Shown: positions 1-15,361, numbered from the stretch's first letter. The stretch: DNA of 64,000 bases from Amoebidium appalachense (GCA_963693365.1 CAVNZM010000003.1:11939651-12003650); one strand, 5' to 3'. Translations and numbers: made by a program. Notes: generated by a model from the letters alone, not told the origin.

Positions 1-768
1 GGCCGCCACACCAGCGACCCGTAGCCAAACACCCACAGCTCCCCCCCTACTGCCCCACTTGTGGCCCCCCCACCGGTCATGGTGGCTGCGTGCCCCCGTG
101 CAGTCCTGTGTATCTTCACAAAGTGCCCACCCTCGTGCCCTGCAGTGTGGCACCCTGGCCCTGGCCTTGTGTGCCTTGTATGCGTGGTGCCTGCCGCACA
201 GGCCCTGCTTGCAGTGGTCGGCCACGGTGGCTGAGTGTCCACAGGGTGCCCTGTGCATGCATGTGTATGCTCTGCATGGCGCCGCTGCACTTCATGATCA
301 TGGGCCCGGCCGCTTGCGAGCGGCTCAGCGATTGCGTTATCCCCTCGGCGACGAGTGCCCACAGTCCCAGTGGGACCGACCGTCACTCGGCCTTAGTGTT
401 CGTGAGCAAACGGAGGTGCCGTTAGCGTTGTCCACAGCCCCTGTGTATGCCTGCCAGCCCACCGCCGCACAGCCGTCCCCGCCCTAGTAGCACACTAGCA
501 CGGCCACGGCTTGTGCCTGTTTCCGGCCTACCCGTGGGCCTGTGTGGCCATGCTGCTCTCGGCCCCAGCCAGCCCCAGGGCCCTGGCAGACCCGTGGGGC
601 TACGCCCTGGCCCGCCACTGGCTGCTGACCGGCCAGCTGGCTGCCTGCCTGGCCCCTGCCGACCTGGCCGCAGCTACGGCCGCCCTGGCCACCAAGGAGA
701 CATGGCGCAAGCTGCTGCAGCCGCCGAGGGTATGGACAGGGTGGTGGTGGGTGGGTGGGTGGGTGGGT

Positions 769-833
<65 letters not shown>

Positions 834-1998
834 TATATAGCGAAAGGGAGCCAACTGAGGGCGGCTGCAGGGGCAGGAGGATAACGAGGACAGTGTGGGG
901 GCACTGCGGCTGCTGCTGGCCCGACTGGTGGCCGAGGCCCACTGCAGCCTGCTGGCTGGGTCGGGCCACGGCCAAGGGGCCTGGCTGGGGGGCAGCGGGG
1001 CAGCGACGCTGGAGACGGACCAGAGAGACTGGGCACTGGCCGACCAGCCTCACTGGCTGGCTGGCGCTGCTAGCCTCGTCCAGCCCCCACCACAGGCCCC
1101 CACTATGGACCTAAATAAGGACCTCAACCTGGACCCTAGCTTGGACCCCGTTTTGGACCCTGCTTTGGACCCCACTGTGGACCCTACTTCTTTGGACCCC
1201 AGTGTGTCGGGGGTCTCTGAGCTAGCAGCCAGTTCGCTGCCGCCAATACCAAGTCTGGAGGACCTGGGCCATGGCCTGGTACGTGAGGTGGTATGGTGGT
1301 GGGGGTGGGCTTGGGGGTAGTGATAGTTGATGGTGGTGGTGGTGGCAGTGGTGGTGGTTGGGGAAGGGGGGGGGGGGAGGGGGGGGGGGGGGGGACGGGG
1401 TGCAGGGGAGGTGGGGGGGGGGTAGGGGGTGGTTGGGGTGGGAGGGAGGGGGGGGAGTTGTGGTGGTGCTGGTGGTGGGTAGGGAGGGGAGGGGGAGGGG
1501 GGCAGGAGGGGGTGGTTGGGGGGAGGGAGCTGAAAGTTGTGGTAGTGCTGGTGTTGGTGGGGGGAGGGGGGGGGATTGGGGAGGGCTTGTGTGTGCGTGG
1601 GGCTTGTGTGTGTGTGTTTGGGAAGAGGTTGGGGAGGGGGGGGAGGGGGGAAACTGAAGGGATTGTGGTTGTTGTGGTGGTGGTGGTGAGGGGCTGGGAG
1701 GGGAGGGGAGGCGAGGGGGGCACGGTCCTGAGGCTTTGTGTTCACAGGACGAGCTAGACACTGAGGCGCTGCTGCTGGCGCTGGCCGAGACAATACCACC
1801 CCCAGGCCTCAGGTGCACATGCAGCCCCCCTCAGGCATAGGTGGGGCCAGTGAGTGGGTCTCTGTGGCTGATAGGGTGTCTGCAGGCCCGTCAACTGGGT
1901 GGCTGCGGCCGGCAGACTGGCTGAGTGCCGCACAGCAGAGGAGTGCCTGGCAGAGGTCAAGAAGGTGTGTGTGTGCGTGTGTGTGCGTGTGTGTGTGC

Positions 1999-2030
<32 letters not shown>

Positions 2031-2143
2031 GTGCGTGCATGCGTGTGTGTGCATACTTTTGTGTGTACAACGACAAAAAGTAGCAAAGTCCATGGAGGGG
2101 TGATCAACTTTGCTTTCTATCTTAGCGCACGGGCGCGCGCGCG

Positions 2144-2196
<53 letters not shown>

Positions 2197-3320
2197 CGTG
2201 TGTGCCTACATCTGTGCTGTTGCTGTGCCTTGGCCCGCCTGACATGCACCCATTCAGCTGCTAGAGGACTACCATACGGGCCAGCCAGCAGCAGCCCACG
2301 AGTATGCCCAAGGGGTTGAGGCCCTGGCTGCTGCCATCCTGCAGGTCTGCTGCCGAGACCACAATCCCCCACCCCTCCGTCATGTCATTGACTGTGTACC
2401 TGCAGCGGCCCTTTGACCCGGACCCTCCGTCACCGCCACCAAGCAGTGTTGGTCCCCCCGGGCCACACGACATGGTGCTGGCCCCCAGCAAGCATGCAAG
2501 ACGGGTCACTTATGCCCAGCGCATGGCTAGGTGGGGGCACAAGGCGTTGTAATGCTGTTAACAGGTGGCATGGCATTTATCCTGGCTGTGGTGTTGTTTT
2601 CATGATCATTTTCCATGGCTGCTGTTCGTATTACTTGGGGGCTGGGTTGTGCCTGCCAGGCACTGACCCCCATGCAGGATGGCACGCAGCCAGCTGCGGC
2701 GGCAACAGAGGCTGGGGGATAGGCCGGCAGTGGGCCCCCCACGCCCACACCCACTGCTGTGTGCCAGCTGCCTGGCCACCCACCCTGACACCCACATAGG
2801 TACATACCCTCCCCCCCCCCCCCCAAAAAATAAAATAAAATAAAAAATAAAATAAAATAAAATAAAATAAAAATAATAATATAAAAAAAGCAGCTGGCCA
2901 CATGCCCCTCTGACCGCCCACCCCCAGGCCCCCCCCGCCTTGCCACAGCGCTGGACCCCACGTTGCCTGGGTGGACGGCAGACCAGCCAAGGCTCTATGC
3001 CCCATTGTGTGCCCTGGCAGACACAGGGCCACCAGACAGGTACGCGCAGGAGGGGAAGGGGGGCGGGGGGGGGGGGGGGGGGGGGGGATGGATGAGGAAG
3101 CGGGGAGGAACATACTGATATTGTTGCAGCCCAGCAGAGGAGGCTGAGGGGGGGCAGTGGGCAGACACTGTACAGGCCATGTGGCATCGTAGGCAGGTGG
3201 GGTGAGGGGGGGAAGGGAGGGGAGGGGGGGGGAGGGGGATATGTCGGAGTAACAAGAGACTGCAGAGGGTCAGAGAGCTGCGATCAGGCCTGGTGCAGCA
3301 CATGCAGAGTGGACCCGTGC

Positions 3321-3363
<43 letters not shown>

Positions 3364-3962
3364 GTTGGTGTGTGGGTGTGCCTGCATCTGTGTTGGTGTG
3401 AGTGTGTCTCTGTTGGTTTGTATGTGTCTGTGTGTGTGCGTGCACATGCACATGCTAGGGCTGCAGTGTGCCAAGCATGATCATATACAGCCCATGAGTG
3501 TGCACCATCATGTCTTTGCTTGCGTTTTTTTTGTGTGTCTCATATCCACCCCCTATTTGGCGCACAGTGAATGGCCCAGATGGCTCGCTGGTGCACTGTG
3601 CTGACCCATGCAGCAGGTTGATGTGCCCCCTGGGCCCAGCCTGAGCATGCCTGGCCTAGTCCACGGCCACATGAGCCCCACCACGGCACCCCCCATGCTG
3701 GCAAAGGCCGTGGCTGCCGTGCTGACTGCTGAGGGCTTCACTGGTAGGGGAGGGGTGGGAGCGGGTGGGAGGGGTGGGAGGGAGGGGGGGGGGGGAGGGG
3801 GGGGGGGGGGAAGGCGATATCTCACATGTACATGCAGGGGCAAGGCAGCAGGCCATGGGGGTGCTTGTGGATGTGGCAGCTGAGTTCTTTGGCCGTGTGG
3901 GGGGGGCATGCAGGGTGGCTGCAAGCACAGGCACACTGGGCCCGGTACGTGGTGGTGGTGGT

Positions 3963-3993
<31 letters not shown>

Positions 3994-5885
3994 GGGGGGG
4001 GAAGGGAGTGGGCTCGGCACATTATGTTGATGGGCACACACAGGCACAGGCAGCAAAGCTACTGCAGACGGTGGGAGGGGTGACGGTCGAGGGCCTGTGC
4101 GCATACATGGGTGGGTGCAGGGGAGGGGTGTGTGTGTGTGTGTGTTTGTGTGTGTGTTTGGGGGGGGGGGGGGGGGGAGGGGGGGAGGGGGGAGGGGAGC
4201 AGGTTGTGGTTTGGGGGCAGATAATGATGGGCAACAGGGGAGGTGGCTGGACGGGAGGACAGGCTGGAGCAGCTGGCAGGCACACTGCAGCAGCGCACCA
4301 TGCAGGTACGTGGGTGGCTGGAGTTGGAGGGGAGGGGGGGGGGGGGGGGGGGAGGGGGGGGGGGGGGGCATGGCGTGGGAGGTGAAGTTGACAGGTTGGG
4401 GGCAGGCACAGGCAGAGAGTTCAGACTGGCCGGCAAGTCATGATGTGGGCATGATTAGGTGGGTGGGTGTGGTGAGGGGGGAGGGGGGGGGCTGTGAGCT
4501 GACTGGGTTGTGCAGTGGACACCTAGGGGTGGACCTTGGGCTGGACTGGCTGGGCATGCGGCAGATGGGCATGGGGCAGCGCACGGTAGGTTGTGTGGCC
4601 TAGGAGTGTGTATGTTGAACTATGAACTATGTGTGTTCTGTGAAGCATATGTCCCATGAGTGTGTATGTTGAACTATGAACTATGTGTGTTCTGTGAAGC
4701 ATATGTCCTATGTCCCATCCCATGTCATATATCCTGTCTTGCTGTACCCCACTGCCCCTTTTCTGTGGCCTCCTGCTGTGGGCCTACTGGGGGGGCTGGG
4801 CTTTACTGACTGACTGGTGGGCAGGTGCCCGATGGGCTGCTGGCTGGCATGGACCTGGACTGCAGCCGCCCATACTGGTGCGTATGGGTGTGTGTTGGGG
4901 GGGGGGGGGGGGGGATGGTGGTGGTGGGGGGGGGGGGGGGGGGGATGGTGGTGGTGGGGGGGGGGGGGGGGGGGTTTGCAATTGGGGGTGTGTGACTGAC
5001 TGGGGGTTGGGGACAGTGCGGACATGCAGCCATCAGACCAGACAGGTGGGTGGATGGGCTGTGTGGGTGGGCTGGGGGGAGGAGGGGTGGGGGGGGGGGG
5101 GGTCTGTTGCAGGGGATGAAGCATGTGGGTGGCATGGCGACTATCTGCATCCTAATTTTGATTGGTTGGCTTTGCTGGTGTGGTGCACATGTTGCCTTTT
5201 TCTTTTTTGGGGGTGGATGGGTGGGCGGGTGGGTGGGTGGGTGGGGGTGGTGTGGGGGAGGGGGGGGAGGGAGGGGGGCAGAGGGAGGCTGGCAATGGCC
5301 GGTGGTGGCTTGGTCTGACGGCTGGGCGGTGCAGGGGAGGACGACCATGCCAGGGGGGATAGCAAGGTGGGGAACCTGGTGTGGGGGGATGGGCTTTTGG
5401 GGGGCAATGGAGCATTGCACTGGTGGCATGGCCCCCAGGCAGCCATGCGTGGCCGTGGGGGGTTAGGATGGCAGGGGCACGTGTGTGCTTCCCACCGTCT
5501 GGCTGGGCGGACCCCGTGTTGTGTGTGTGTGTGTGTGTGTGTGTGCGTGCGTGCGTGTGCGTGTGTGTGCGTGTGTGTTTGCGTGTTTGCTCCCCGTGTA
5601 TTCCCGTGCAACATGTGCAGTGTTTATCGGCGGCAGGACTGTTGTTTGTTGTTCTGTCTGTTCTCCACACAGACAACTCAACTCCACTGCTATGGTGCAC
5701 CTCTGCTCTGCCGCAATGCCATGCACCACCATGCCTATGGCACATGCATGGGCGCTTACACGTGGGGGTGCAGGGCAAGGCCAAGAAGATGGGCCCCAGG
5801 TCGTAGTACCAGCCATGGGCATACAGCCGGGGTGGGGGTTGGCACCCACAGGCACCGGCCAATAGGAATGAAGGACAGGGCATGA
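1..5885 (+). CDS. Multi-exon gene, 5' end probably outside the window; C-terminal exons resemble the SPT7/SUPT7L (bromodomain-associated, histone-fold) region of SAGA. Exon model incomplete, end approximate.
   Basis: GC-rich exons between GT-AG microsatellite introns. Spliced exons ~3617-3743, ~3838-3945, ~4044-4109, ~4238-4305 read PMLAKAVAAVLTAEGFT-GARQQAMGVLVDVAAEFFGRVG...AKLLQTVGGVTVEGLCAYM...REDRLEQL, matching my recollection of the SUPT7L pattern (AVATILAHAGF...LETLTDVAHEY...VFHEVG). Confidence 0.45.
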
Positions 5886-6527
5886 ATGCGACAGAAAAAA
5901 GTTAAAATGACAGCGGCCAAGTGATCGAATATCGTATTTTTTTGGCTGGTCAATTGAACGAAAGACATACATAAGGTGGCTGTTTATATCAGAAAGAAAC
6001 GAATGGTTTACATTGAATGGCTGGCTAATTAAATATTAACGAATTGTGCACATTGGTAGAACATTTGCCCACCACATGCAAGCCCGGCCCGAAGTGTGGC
6101 CGTAAGCATCTCTACGCATCCAGCCACCTCAGTGGCTTAACTATTATTAGCTGCCCACCATGGCCATGCCCCAAGCACATCTACCCCTCAGGCCCCACAG
6201 CCCCAAACCTTCCCTCTCGGGCCCACATATCCACACATGTACATTTATGGTGCACGGCAGGGCCAGCCTGCCATTTATGGTCATTCGTGCATGCACCCCA
6301 TTGGTGCTCCTTCGTGCATGTCTGCTGTCTAGCCCCCTCAACCCTGCTTCCTGCGGCTGCGCCTGCTGCCCTCTGCCGCCACCTCTGGCTTCACCCTGTG
6401 CCCATACCCTAATTGAGCCCTGCCCTGCACCCACCCTCACCTGCACCGCACTTACCCCGGACACTGACCATCGCCCGTCTGCCTTATAATATTAACGCAG
6501 CCACCGTTCTTCCGTCCCACCCTTAAA

Positions 6528-6654
<127 letters not shown>

Positions 6655-6865
6655 GAGGGGGGAGGGAGGGAGGGAGGGAGGGGGGGGGGGGGGGGAGAGG
6701 GAGGGGGGGAGGGAGGGAGGGAGGGAGGGAGGAAGGGAGGGAGGGGGGGAGAGAGGGAGAGAGAGAGAGAGACAGAGAGAGAGCACCCTTAACAACCACC
6801 CCATCTGCTTTTAACACCTCCACACCCCCACCACCAATCACATGCTCACATATGCAGAGGGCCAC

Positions 6866-9800
6866 CTACGCACTGTCGCTGCCTGCAGTCTTCTTCCTTC
6901 TCTTCCCTGTGGCCTTGCCCTCCCCCTCTGCCTGTCTCTTGGTGCCCCCCTCTGCCCCCTCACTCCTGCCCTCCTCATTGTTCTCCGTTCCATGCCCATC
7001 TACCCCATTCTCTGTGTGTGTGTCCTGCTGTACACTGTCGGTGCCCCTCTCCTCATTTGTGTCCTGCATGCTCCCTGCCTCCTCCTGTGTGTGTGTGTCC
7101 TGCTGCATGCCCTCTACCCCGCCATCCTCTGCTGCAGCCACCTCAGCCACATGTTGCACAGGCATTGGTGCATGCGGGGCACTGAGAGAGATGTCCGGCA
7201 GAGGGGCCACACCCCCCCTCAGGCGCTGGCACGTATAGTCCACTAGGAATGTGCGCTGCAACAGCCTGTCCACCCTCGAGAGGTGCCGCTCCGTGTAGGG
7301 GATCAGCCCTGCATGCCTGTCAGCCGCTGTACCATTGTGCCACAGGCCATGCCCAGAAATTGCCCATAACCTATAGCCTCAGGCGCACACGCAGTGCCCT
7401 ACAGGCACCCTACAGGCGCACACACACGTGCGCCCTTCACATGGCACATGCAAGCATGGGCACGCTGAGCCAGACACGGGCAGATAGACGTGCATGCAGA
7501 ATTCACTCCCACAGGCACACACACGTACACGTACCCTCAAGGATAGCCTTCATGTTCGGCACCAGTAGCAGCTTTGTCGGGGCCACGGTCTGCAGCACAC
7601 AGCCCAGCACGGCCTGCGCCACCTGCACACCCAGTCAGCACCCAGCCAGCACCCTGCATGCACAAATCAACACCCCCCCCCCCCCCCCCCTTTTGCCCAC
7701 ACAGGGCCACTTACCAGGGAGTGCTTAGCGTTTGTGTTCCAGTCCTGCACGTAGCCCAGCAGCTGCCCTAGCTGCTCGCTGCTGAGCCCAGACACCACAG
7801 TGCAGAACGATGCCTGCAGCACCATGTCAGCACCTCGAACACACGGTTTTTTTGTGGCCGGAGGGGGGGGGGGGGGGGGTTTGAATGCGGAACACAGTAC
7901 GAAGTACGCATACACGATGAGAAGCATGGTGCAGGACACATGCAAAGGCAAACATTCAACTATGCAGCATCAGCCATGCGCACAGTATGCGTCATAAGCA
8001 GAGCCCATCCTCAGGGAGGGCCCAAGTCATCAATTGCGTCTGAGTTTCGACCCCTTAGCCCGCGTATATACGACGCTCCAACTCAGACAGCAGCATCAAC
8101 TGAACTTGGGTGGGTCAACCCGTCTTGATCAAAGACGAGCAGGGTTGCTTATGCAAGCAAGGTGAGCAAAACGGTGAAGATGTGTGTGCAAACTAATGCA
8201 GTGCAGCGACAAACGCGTGTGCTTACAGATGCACGACACAGAGCAACCATGCCCGGTTGCATGGAAGTAAAGATGTCTCCACACAGTGGTCTGTCCTGAA
8301 AGGACACCTCTGAAAGAAGACAGGGGGGTTTGAATGCGGAACACAGTACGAAGTACGCATACACGATGAGAAGCATGGTGCAGGACACATGCAAAGGCAA
8401 ACATTCAACTATGCAGCATCAGCCATGCGCACAGTATGGGGGGGGGGGGGGGGGGGGGCATGCATGCAACGAAAGCACACACGTGCACACCAATGCACAC
8501 ACATTCGACACCCATGCACGCATGTCCGTCGTACCCCATGTGCACACATCCACAGCCATTCATATGCAGGCATGGCTACACGTACACACGTACCCACAGA
8601 CACCCATGCACACATCTACACACCCATGCACACACCCCATGCCCACATCTACACACCCATGCACACACATCCACAACAAATTCACAAACGTACACGGGTA
8701 CAGTCACACCCACCCACACCCACACCCACCCACCCACACCCACCCACGCACCTTGCCGTCACCATCCACCAGCAACTCATTAGCCAGGGCCCTGACCCTC
8801 CTCGGGTGGTTGAGTCTCAGGGCCAGGGCCATGGCCTTTGCATAGTCTTTGGCCTGCAGCAGGTTGCCCAGCTCCTGCTCCCTGCAGTGACGTCAGCACA
8901 CAGCCACTATACAGTGTGCCACACAGGCAGCTCACCAAAAGCACACAAAATGGCCGTGCACACACGCATAGTTCCCTCCCCCCCCCCCCTCTCTACCCAC
9001 ACATCGACCAACGCGTACACACATACACACGAGGAAACGCACACACGCACACGAACACACACAAACACACTCACTTTCTTCCCACCATTCTTCCCTCCCA
9101 CTGAGGCAAACACAAATCCCCCTGTCCCAGGCACACACCCACACATTGCCCTTACACGCACTGACATCCCCCCCCCCCCCCCCCCCCCCCCCGCGCAAAT
9201 CACACACACACACTCACCCCCTCCTTCCCCTCCTTCCCCTCCCCTCCTCCCCCACCCCCCCACCCACGCACCCACGCACCCCCCCACCCACGCACCCACG
9301 CACCCACCCACCCACACTCACATGAGCACCAGCTGCTCCGCTTCCTGTGCCCTCCTCTCCTCCTCGACCACGGTTGTGTCTCTCCACACGTTGATCACAC
9401 TATCTCCCCCACCGCTGATTACTTGCTCCTCCGCGCTGTTCTTGCACAGCGCCCACACCTGCACCCCTGTCAGTGCTCATCCCTCCCCTCCCTCCCCTCC
9501 CTTCCTTCCCCCGAAACACACACACACACACACCCGTCCACCTACCCACCCACAAACACACACGAACACAAAGAAACACAAACTCACCCACCCACCCACC
9601 CACCCACCCACCCATCCAGCCACCCTCTTACCTTATCCGTGTGCCCATCCATAGTAGCCACACACTCATTAGTCCTCAGTGTCCACACCTTGACCAGCCC
9701 ATCTGCTGCTGCCGATGCCAGCTGCAGGCCTCTGGTGAGGTACGTGACCTTGAGCACACCTCCAGTGTGCCCCTCCAGTGTCTGTGCACACACACCGTCA

Positions 9801-10146
9801 GCAAACGGAACAACTCCCCTCCCCCCTGCCCGCCCCCTCCCCTCCCCCCTGCCCGCCCCCTCCTCCCCCCCCCCCCCCCCTCCCGCCCTCCCCTCCGACC
9901 TTATCCCTCCTTCCCCCCCCCCCCCCCCCCCCCGTTATGTGCAGTACCTTGAGGCATGTGTAGTCTGCCACACTCCATACTTTGATTGTTTTGTCCCCCG
10001 ATGCAGTGGCTAGGCACTGGTCTACAGGCGAGAACTCAACGTGCCAGACTGCAAACATTAGTCAGTGGGCGTGCACGTGCATGATGAAGGACATGGGCAG
10101 CAGCGCGCGTGTGTATGCATGCGGTAAAGGGGTCGGTAGGGTACCA

Positions 10147-10223
<77 letters not shown>

Positions 10224-11311
10224 CACACGCGCGTGGTACGCGAACAGTTGTCAATCGCGTGTGTGTGGTTGCTTCGGAGCCTTCATCTCTAAGCTGCATG
10301 AAAGTTATGTGTGTGCGCCCGGTACCGTGCACATGGCCACTGCCGTGTGTTACAACACTGTGCGCCACGTGCACACGTTTGTTTGTGTTTGTGTGTGAAT
10401 GTATGTGTGAGTGCTTGCAAGTATGTGCGTGTGTTTTCATATTCATGTGTGCATGCGTGCGAGAGTGTGATGTGTGCATTTTTGTGTGCGAGTGTTCGTG
10501 TGAGTGTGATGTACACATGTGTGTGTGTGATGTATGCATGTGTGTGTGTGATGTATGCATGTGTGTGTGTGTGTGTGTGAGTATGTGTGTGTGCTGTGTG
10601 TGTGTCCACGTTCTACGTGTGCGCATGTTCGTGGGTGTCCATGTCGGTCAGTGGGGTGAATGAATGCTCGTGTTTGGTGTATGCATGCATGCATGTGTGT
10701 GTGATGTATGATTCTGCGTGCCCGTGCACGGGGCACCTACTGCCTCTCTTGTGGCCTTTGAGTGTGCCCAGCAACTGCATGTCGCTGACACTCCACACCT
10801 GCACCCCCCCTCAGTCTGCTGCCCTGCAGCCCACCACCCGCCATACATCCAGGCACCACACAATACCCCCCCCCCCACACACACACACGTGGCCCACCTT
10901 TGCTGTGCGGTCGTGTGAGCCGGTGGCAAAGATGCGGTCGTTTGGTGCAACGGCTATGGTGTTGATGTCCTGCTGCCAGTGTCAGCCATGCACTGATGGA
11001 GGCGCCCTCAAAGGGTGGTTGCAGAGCATACAAGGGACAGGCAAGTCACCTCCCCCCCCCCCCCCCCCCCCCTCCCCCTCCACCCTCCGCATCTTTCTCA
11101 CTGAGGCCCCCCCTTCCTCCCCATCATTTATCGCCCCTCCCCACTCCTCCCCCCCCCCCCAAAAAAAAAAAAAAAAAAAAAAAAAACAAACAAAAACACA
11201 CACACACACATGCACACCACCCCCAACCCTTTCGCACGCCTTATAATGGTTTTGGAAAGCAACTATACCCCCCTGCCCCCCTCTATTTACCTATGCCCGG
11301 CTGCGCGCGTG

Positions 11312-11396
<85 letters not shown>

Positions 11397-13423
11397 TGTC
11401 GTGTGCCTTGTGTGTCTGTCTTGCCTGTAGCGCCATCGGCTGCTCCGGCACCTCGTCGGCCCCATCTGCTTTCCAAATCAGCCGCCACCCTGCCCCTCTT
11501 ACGCGCATGCACACCATATCCATACCACATGCCCTGTTTCCCCTATACACGTCCTTTTACCATATATCCCAAGCACACACTACCATACCATCCCAAGCAC
11601 CCACCCACTAACGTGCCACCCACCCCATGCACACCCTACCACAACACCCACCCACCCACTAGCATACCACACCCACCCACACACCTACATACCACACACT
11701 GGGGCTGTGGCCCACAGCTTTACTGTGCGGTCCTGTGAGCCGCTGACAGCAAATGCTGCCGACTTTCTTGCAAACGCCACCGCCCCCACACCCTCCGTGT
11801 GGCCCGTGCCTACGGCCACACACGGGAAGCTGCACCCCAGCCGTCAACAACGCCCCCCCCCCCCCTCCCCCCCCAACCACCCCATTTGGCGGCATGGGGC
11901 AACCCCCCCCCTTCTTCCCCCCCCCCCCCTGGCTGCATGGGGCACGTGCACACACCTCAGGCTGCCATCAGGGCCGTCCACCCTCCTCCACACCCTCACG
12001 GTGGCATCCTTTGCTGCCGTCACAACGTGGCTGCTATCGTGGCTCACATCTGCACACAGTCAGCATCACCCAGCCAGCCCCCCTCCCCCCCCCACCCCCC
12101 CCCCCCCCCCCCCCTGTATGTGCACCTACCCACGGCCAGCACTATGCCCGTATGGCCCTGCAGCACGTGGCAGCTGTGTGTGTCCATCTGCAGGATCCGC
12201 AGCTGCACAAGTGCATCAGTACCTCCATGCATGCAGCAACCAAGCATGCCCACACCAACACACATGCTCATGCTCATGCTCATGCACACACACACAGACA
12301 CACACACACACACACACGCAGATCTAGACACACACACACATGCACTCACACACCCGCACACCCGCATGCACGCAAGCACACGTTCGCGCGCACACACACG
12401 CACACACGCACACACGCATGCATGCATGCACGCACACACGCACACACGCACACGCACACACACACCTGCTCGCTGTTAGTAGCCACAACCAGGTGTGTGT
12501 CATTCATGCACCGCAGATCGATAACTTCATCATTATAGCCCACCACATGCCTGGCCACCTCCAGCCCAGGCAGTCTGTGCACCACTATGTCCTGCCTGCT
12601 GGTCACAGCAACTAGCTGCTGGCTTATCCCCAGCAACCTGCATTTGCCCCCACAGTCAGGACCCAGTACCCATAGCCCCCTCTCCCCCCCCCCCCCCCCC
12701 CCTCCCTCCTCCCCCCCTTCCCCCCCCCAATTTGCACGTACGTCAGCTCGACCATCTCTGCCGTGGTGGGTCCAGCCACCGATCTCTGCACACAGTGCCC
12801 TGTGCCCAGCCCCTGTGCAAACACAGTCAGCGACCCCCCCCCCCCCTTCTCCCCCCCGGATGTTCAGCACTCACCCAGATGCGCAGCACCCCCTTGTCTC
12901 CAGCTGTTGCAAAGTACTCCTTGTCTGTGCCCCCAGGCACCGTGCCTGCAGGCAGCATGCACAGCCCCTCCACGGCCTAAGGCACCCAGCAGTGAGACAG
13001 GGCCAACCCCACAGCACCACACATCACACCAACCAATCCATGCCATCCCCATCCCCATACCCCCCGCACACGCACATCCCTGAGAACACCACGCTCCAGT
13101 CTACCCTCGGCAACCCACAAGCCTCATCGCTTAACCCCCCCCCCCCCCCTCGCTCTCCCCGTTCCACCCGACGCATGCGGGCATTCTTCCCCCCATCCAC
13201 CCACACGGGCACTCTTGTACATCCACATATTCCCCGTTTGCCCTAACCCCGCCTTCCCGTTCTTTCAACCAATGATTCCATGTGCCCTCACAGTGTCCTG
13301 ATCTGACCCTGGCCCCGTTCCCCCTGCCACAAACACACACACATACACACGTGCCTTGCCATCCCCTTCTTCGCTTGCTACCCTCCCACAATCTTCCGCC
13401 CCACCAAACCCCAAACACACCTA

Positions 13424-13454
<31 letters not shown>

Positions 13455-14106
13455 TAAACCCACACACCCCACCTCGTTGACCGGCACAGCCATCTGCAGC
13501 CTTGCACCCTTCTTGGCCAGGCGCCACACACACACAGTGCGGTCCCGTGACCCCGACACCAGCTGGCTGCCATCAGCAGAGAACACTAGGCCCCGCACGG
13601 CTGACACGTGGCTCTCAAGCACACCCGCTGCCCTGTGCCCTCGTCAGCACCCCCTGCCCCCTGCTTCCCCCCCCCCCCCATCCCCCATACTTCTTAGTCT
13701 GCAGGTCCCACAGGCGCACGTGGCAGTCTGTTGCTGCCGAGGAGGCCAGCAGCAGACGCTTTGGGTCGGGGTGAAAGGTGAGGGCAGACACCACCCCCTG
13801 GCTGCCCTTGAACGAGTGTGTCACGTAGCCCTGCACCCCCCCTCAGCACATGCCCACACACTGCCATCCCCTGCCCCCCCCCCCCCCCCTCCCCCCCCCT
13901 CCCCCCCCCCCCCCCAAAAAAAATATGAAAAATAAAAAAATAACAAACAAACAGGGCACCCACCTTTGCGGCATCCCAGACCTTGATGGCACCATCACTA
14001 GCGCCAGTAGCCAGCAGGGTGGCTGTTGGGTCCCAGGCCATAGTGGCTATGGGCCCATCCAGGGACTGTAACAGCAGTCAGAAACCTATGCAGACCACCC
14101 CCCTAT

Positions 14107-14188
<82 letters not shown>

Positions 14189-15361
14189 TGAACGTGGACA
14201 GCTCTGTTGCTGTGCGCCAGTCCCACCGCCTCATCATGAGACTGCGGCTGGCCGTCACCAGCACACTGTCGTCGGGACTCAGAGAGAGGCACGTCACAAG
14301 CTCCCCATCCCAAAAGCGGGGGAAGAAGGGGGAGGGGGGGGGGGGGAGGGGGGGAGGGCGTGTCAGGCGGTGTGGACAATGTGGTGTGTGCACAGTGGTG
14401 TGGACCCTGAGCCACGTTGTGTGTGCAGTATGGTATGTGGTGTGTGATATGTGGTTTGGGCAAGTGCTTTGTGCTGTGGTGTGTGCCGTGTGCCGAGTGT
14501 TTGTGTGACAAGCTTGTTGATATGAGTGAGTGTTGTGGGTGGCTGCCAAGCCTTGTGTGCAGGCAGTTGGGTGTAGTTGGGGTTGTCTTCTTGATGCGTA
14601 TTGTGGTAAGTGGACGAAGTGGTGTTGTAAAGTCAGCGGGGTGGATGTGTAGTCCGGGTGTGTAGTGTGAGTGTGTAGTGTGGGACAGATGTGGTAGGTG
14701 GGTGGTACGGGTAACGAGTACGGAAGTGTAGTGCGGGTGTGTGGTGTGAGTGTGTAGTGTGAGTGGTGTGGGTGTGTGTGTGGTGTGTGTGTGTGTGTGT
14801 GTATGTGTGTGTGTGTGTGTGCGTGTGCGTGTGCGTGTGTGTGTACCAATAATGTTAGCTAGAGCCATAGCATGTTTGGATCTCTACGTGGATGCATACA
14901 CCTTGGTGGTAGTATGTGTTTCTCTGTGTGAACGTGTTGTCGGGCGACAGTCGTGTTCTAGCTGCTGTGCATGCCGCTAGGTCTTTCCTATGAGTGTGCC
15001 AGCGCAATAAAACCGCCTAAAAACGGTAGGAAAAATAAACCACGTAAGCACGGGTCCGCTTTGCATGCAACATACCCCCTTTAGTGTCTGAAAAAGACGC
15101 CCCGTCTCGAAGTCGGTGACTTTTATCTCGTCTGCATTGATGGTGAACATGTACTTCTCGTCTGCAGTAAACAGCACACGACCGGTGGTGTAAAGCACGT
15201 CGTGCTTGTCATCTAGCGCAAAGCTGTCACACCCACAGTCAGCATACAACAATACCCCTTTCCTCCCCCCCCCTTCCCCTCTAACTCGCCCTCTACCGAC
15301 CAGCCCACCTTGTCTTGAGCCGGACGGTCTCCCCGTCCGGCGTGCGCAGTGGCTTGACCAT
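6866..15361 (-). CDS. TBL3: Transducin beta-like protein 3 / U3 snoRNA-associated protein 13 (WD40 repeats plus Utp13 C-terminal domain), many exons
   Basis: ATG at 15361 ([34 protein letters not shown]). WD40 exons: [120 protein letters not shown]-terminal Utp13 motifs [11 protein letters not shown] and [26 protein letters not shown]; stop at 6866. Confidence 0.92.
7875..8438 (-). mobile_element. (C)n-associated 450-bp structured element, subfamily 1, copy A (about 1.25 head-to-tail units) in a TBL3 intron
   Basis: Reverse complement of 17317-17986. Flanked by G runs; internal junction GACAGGGGGGTTTGAATGCGG at ~8320-8340. Confidence 0.85.
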
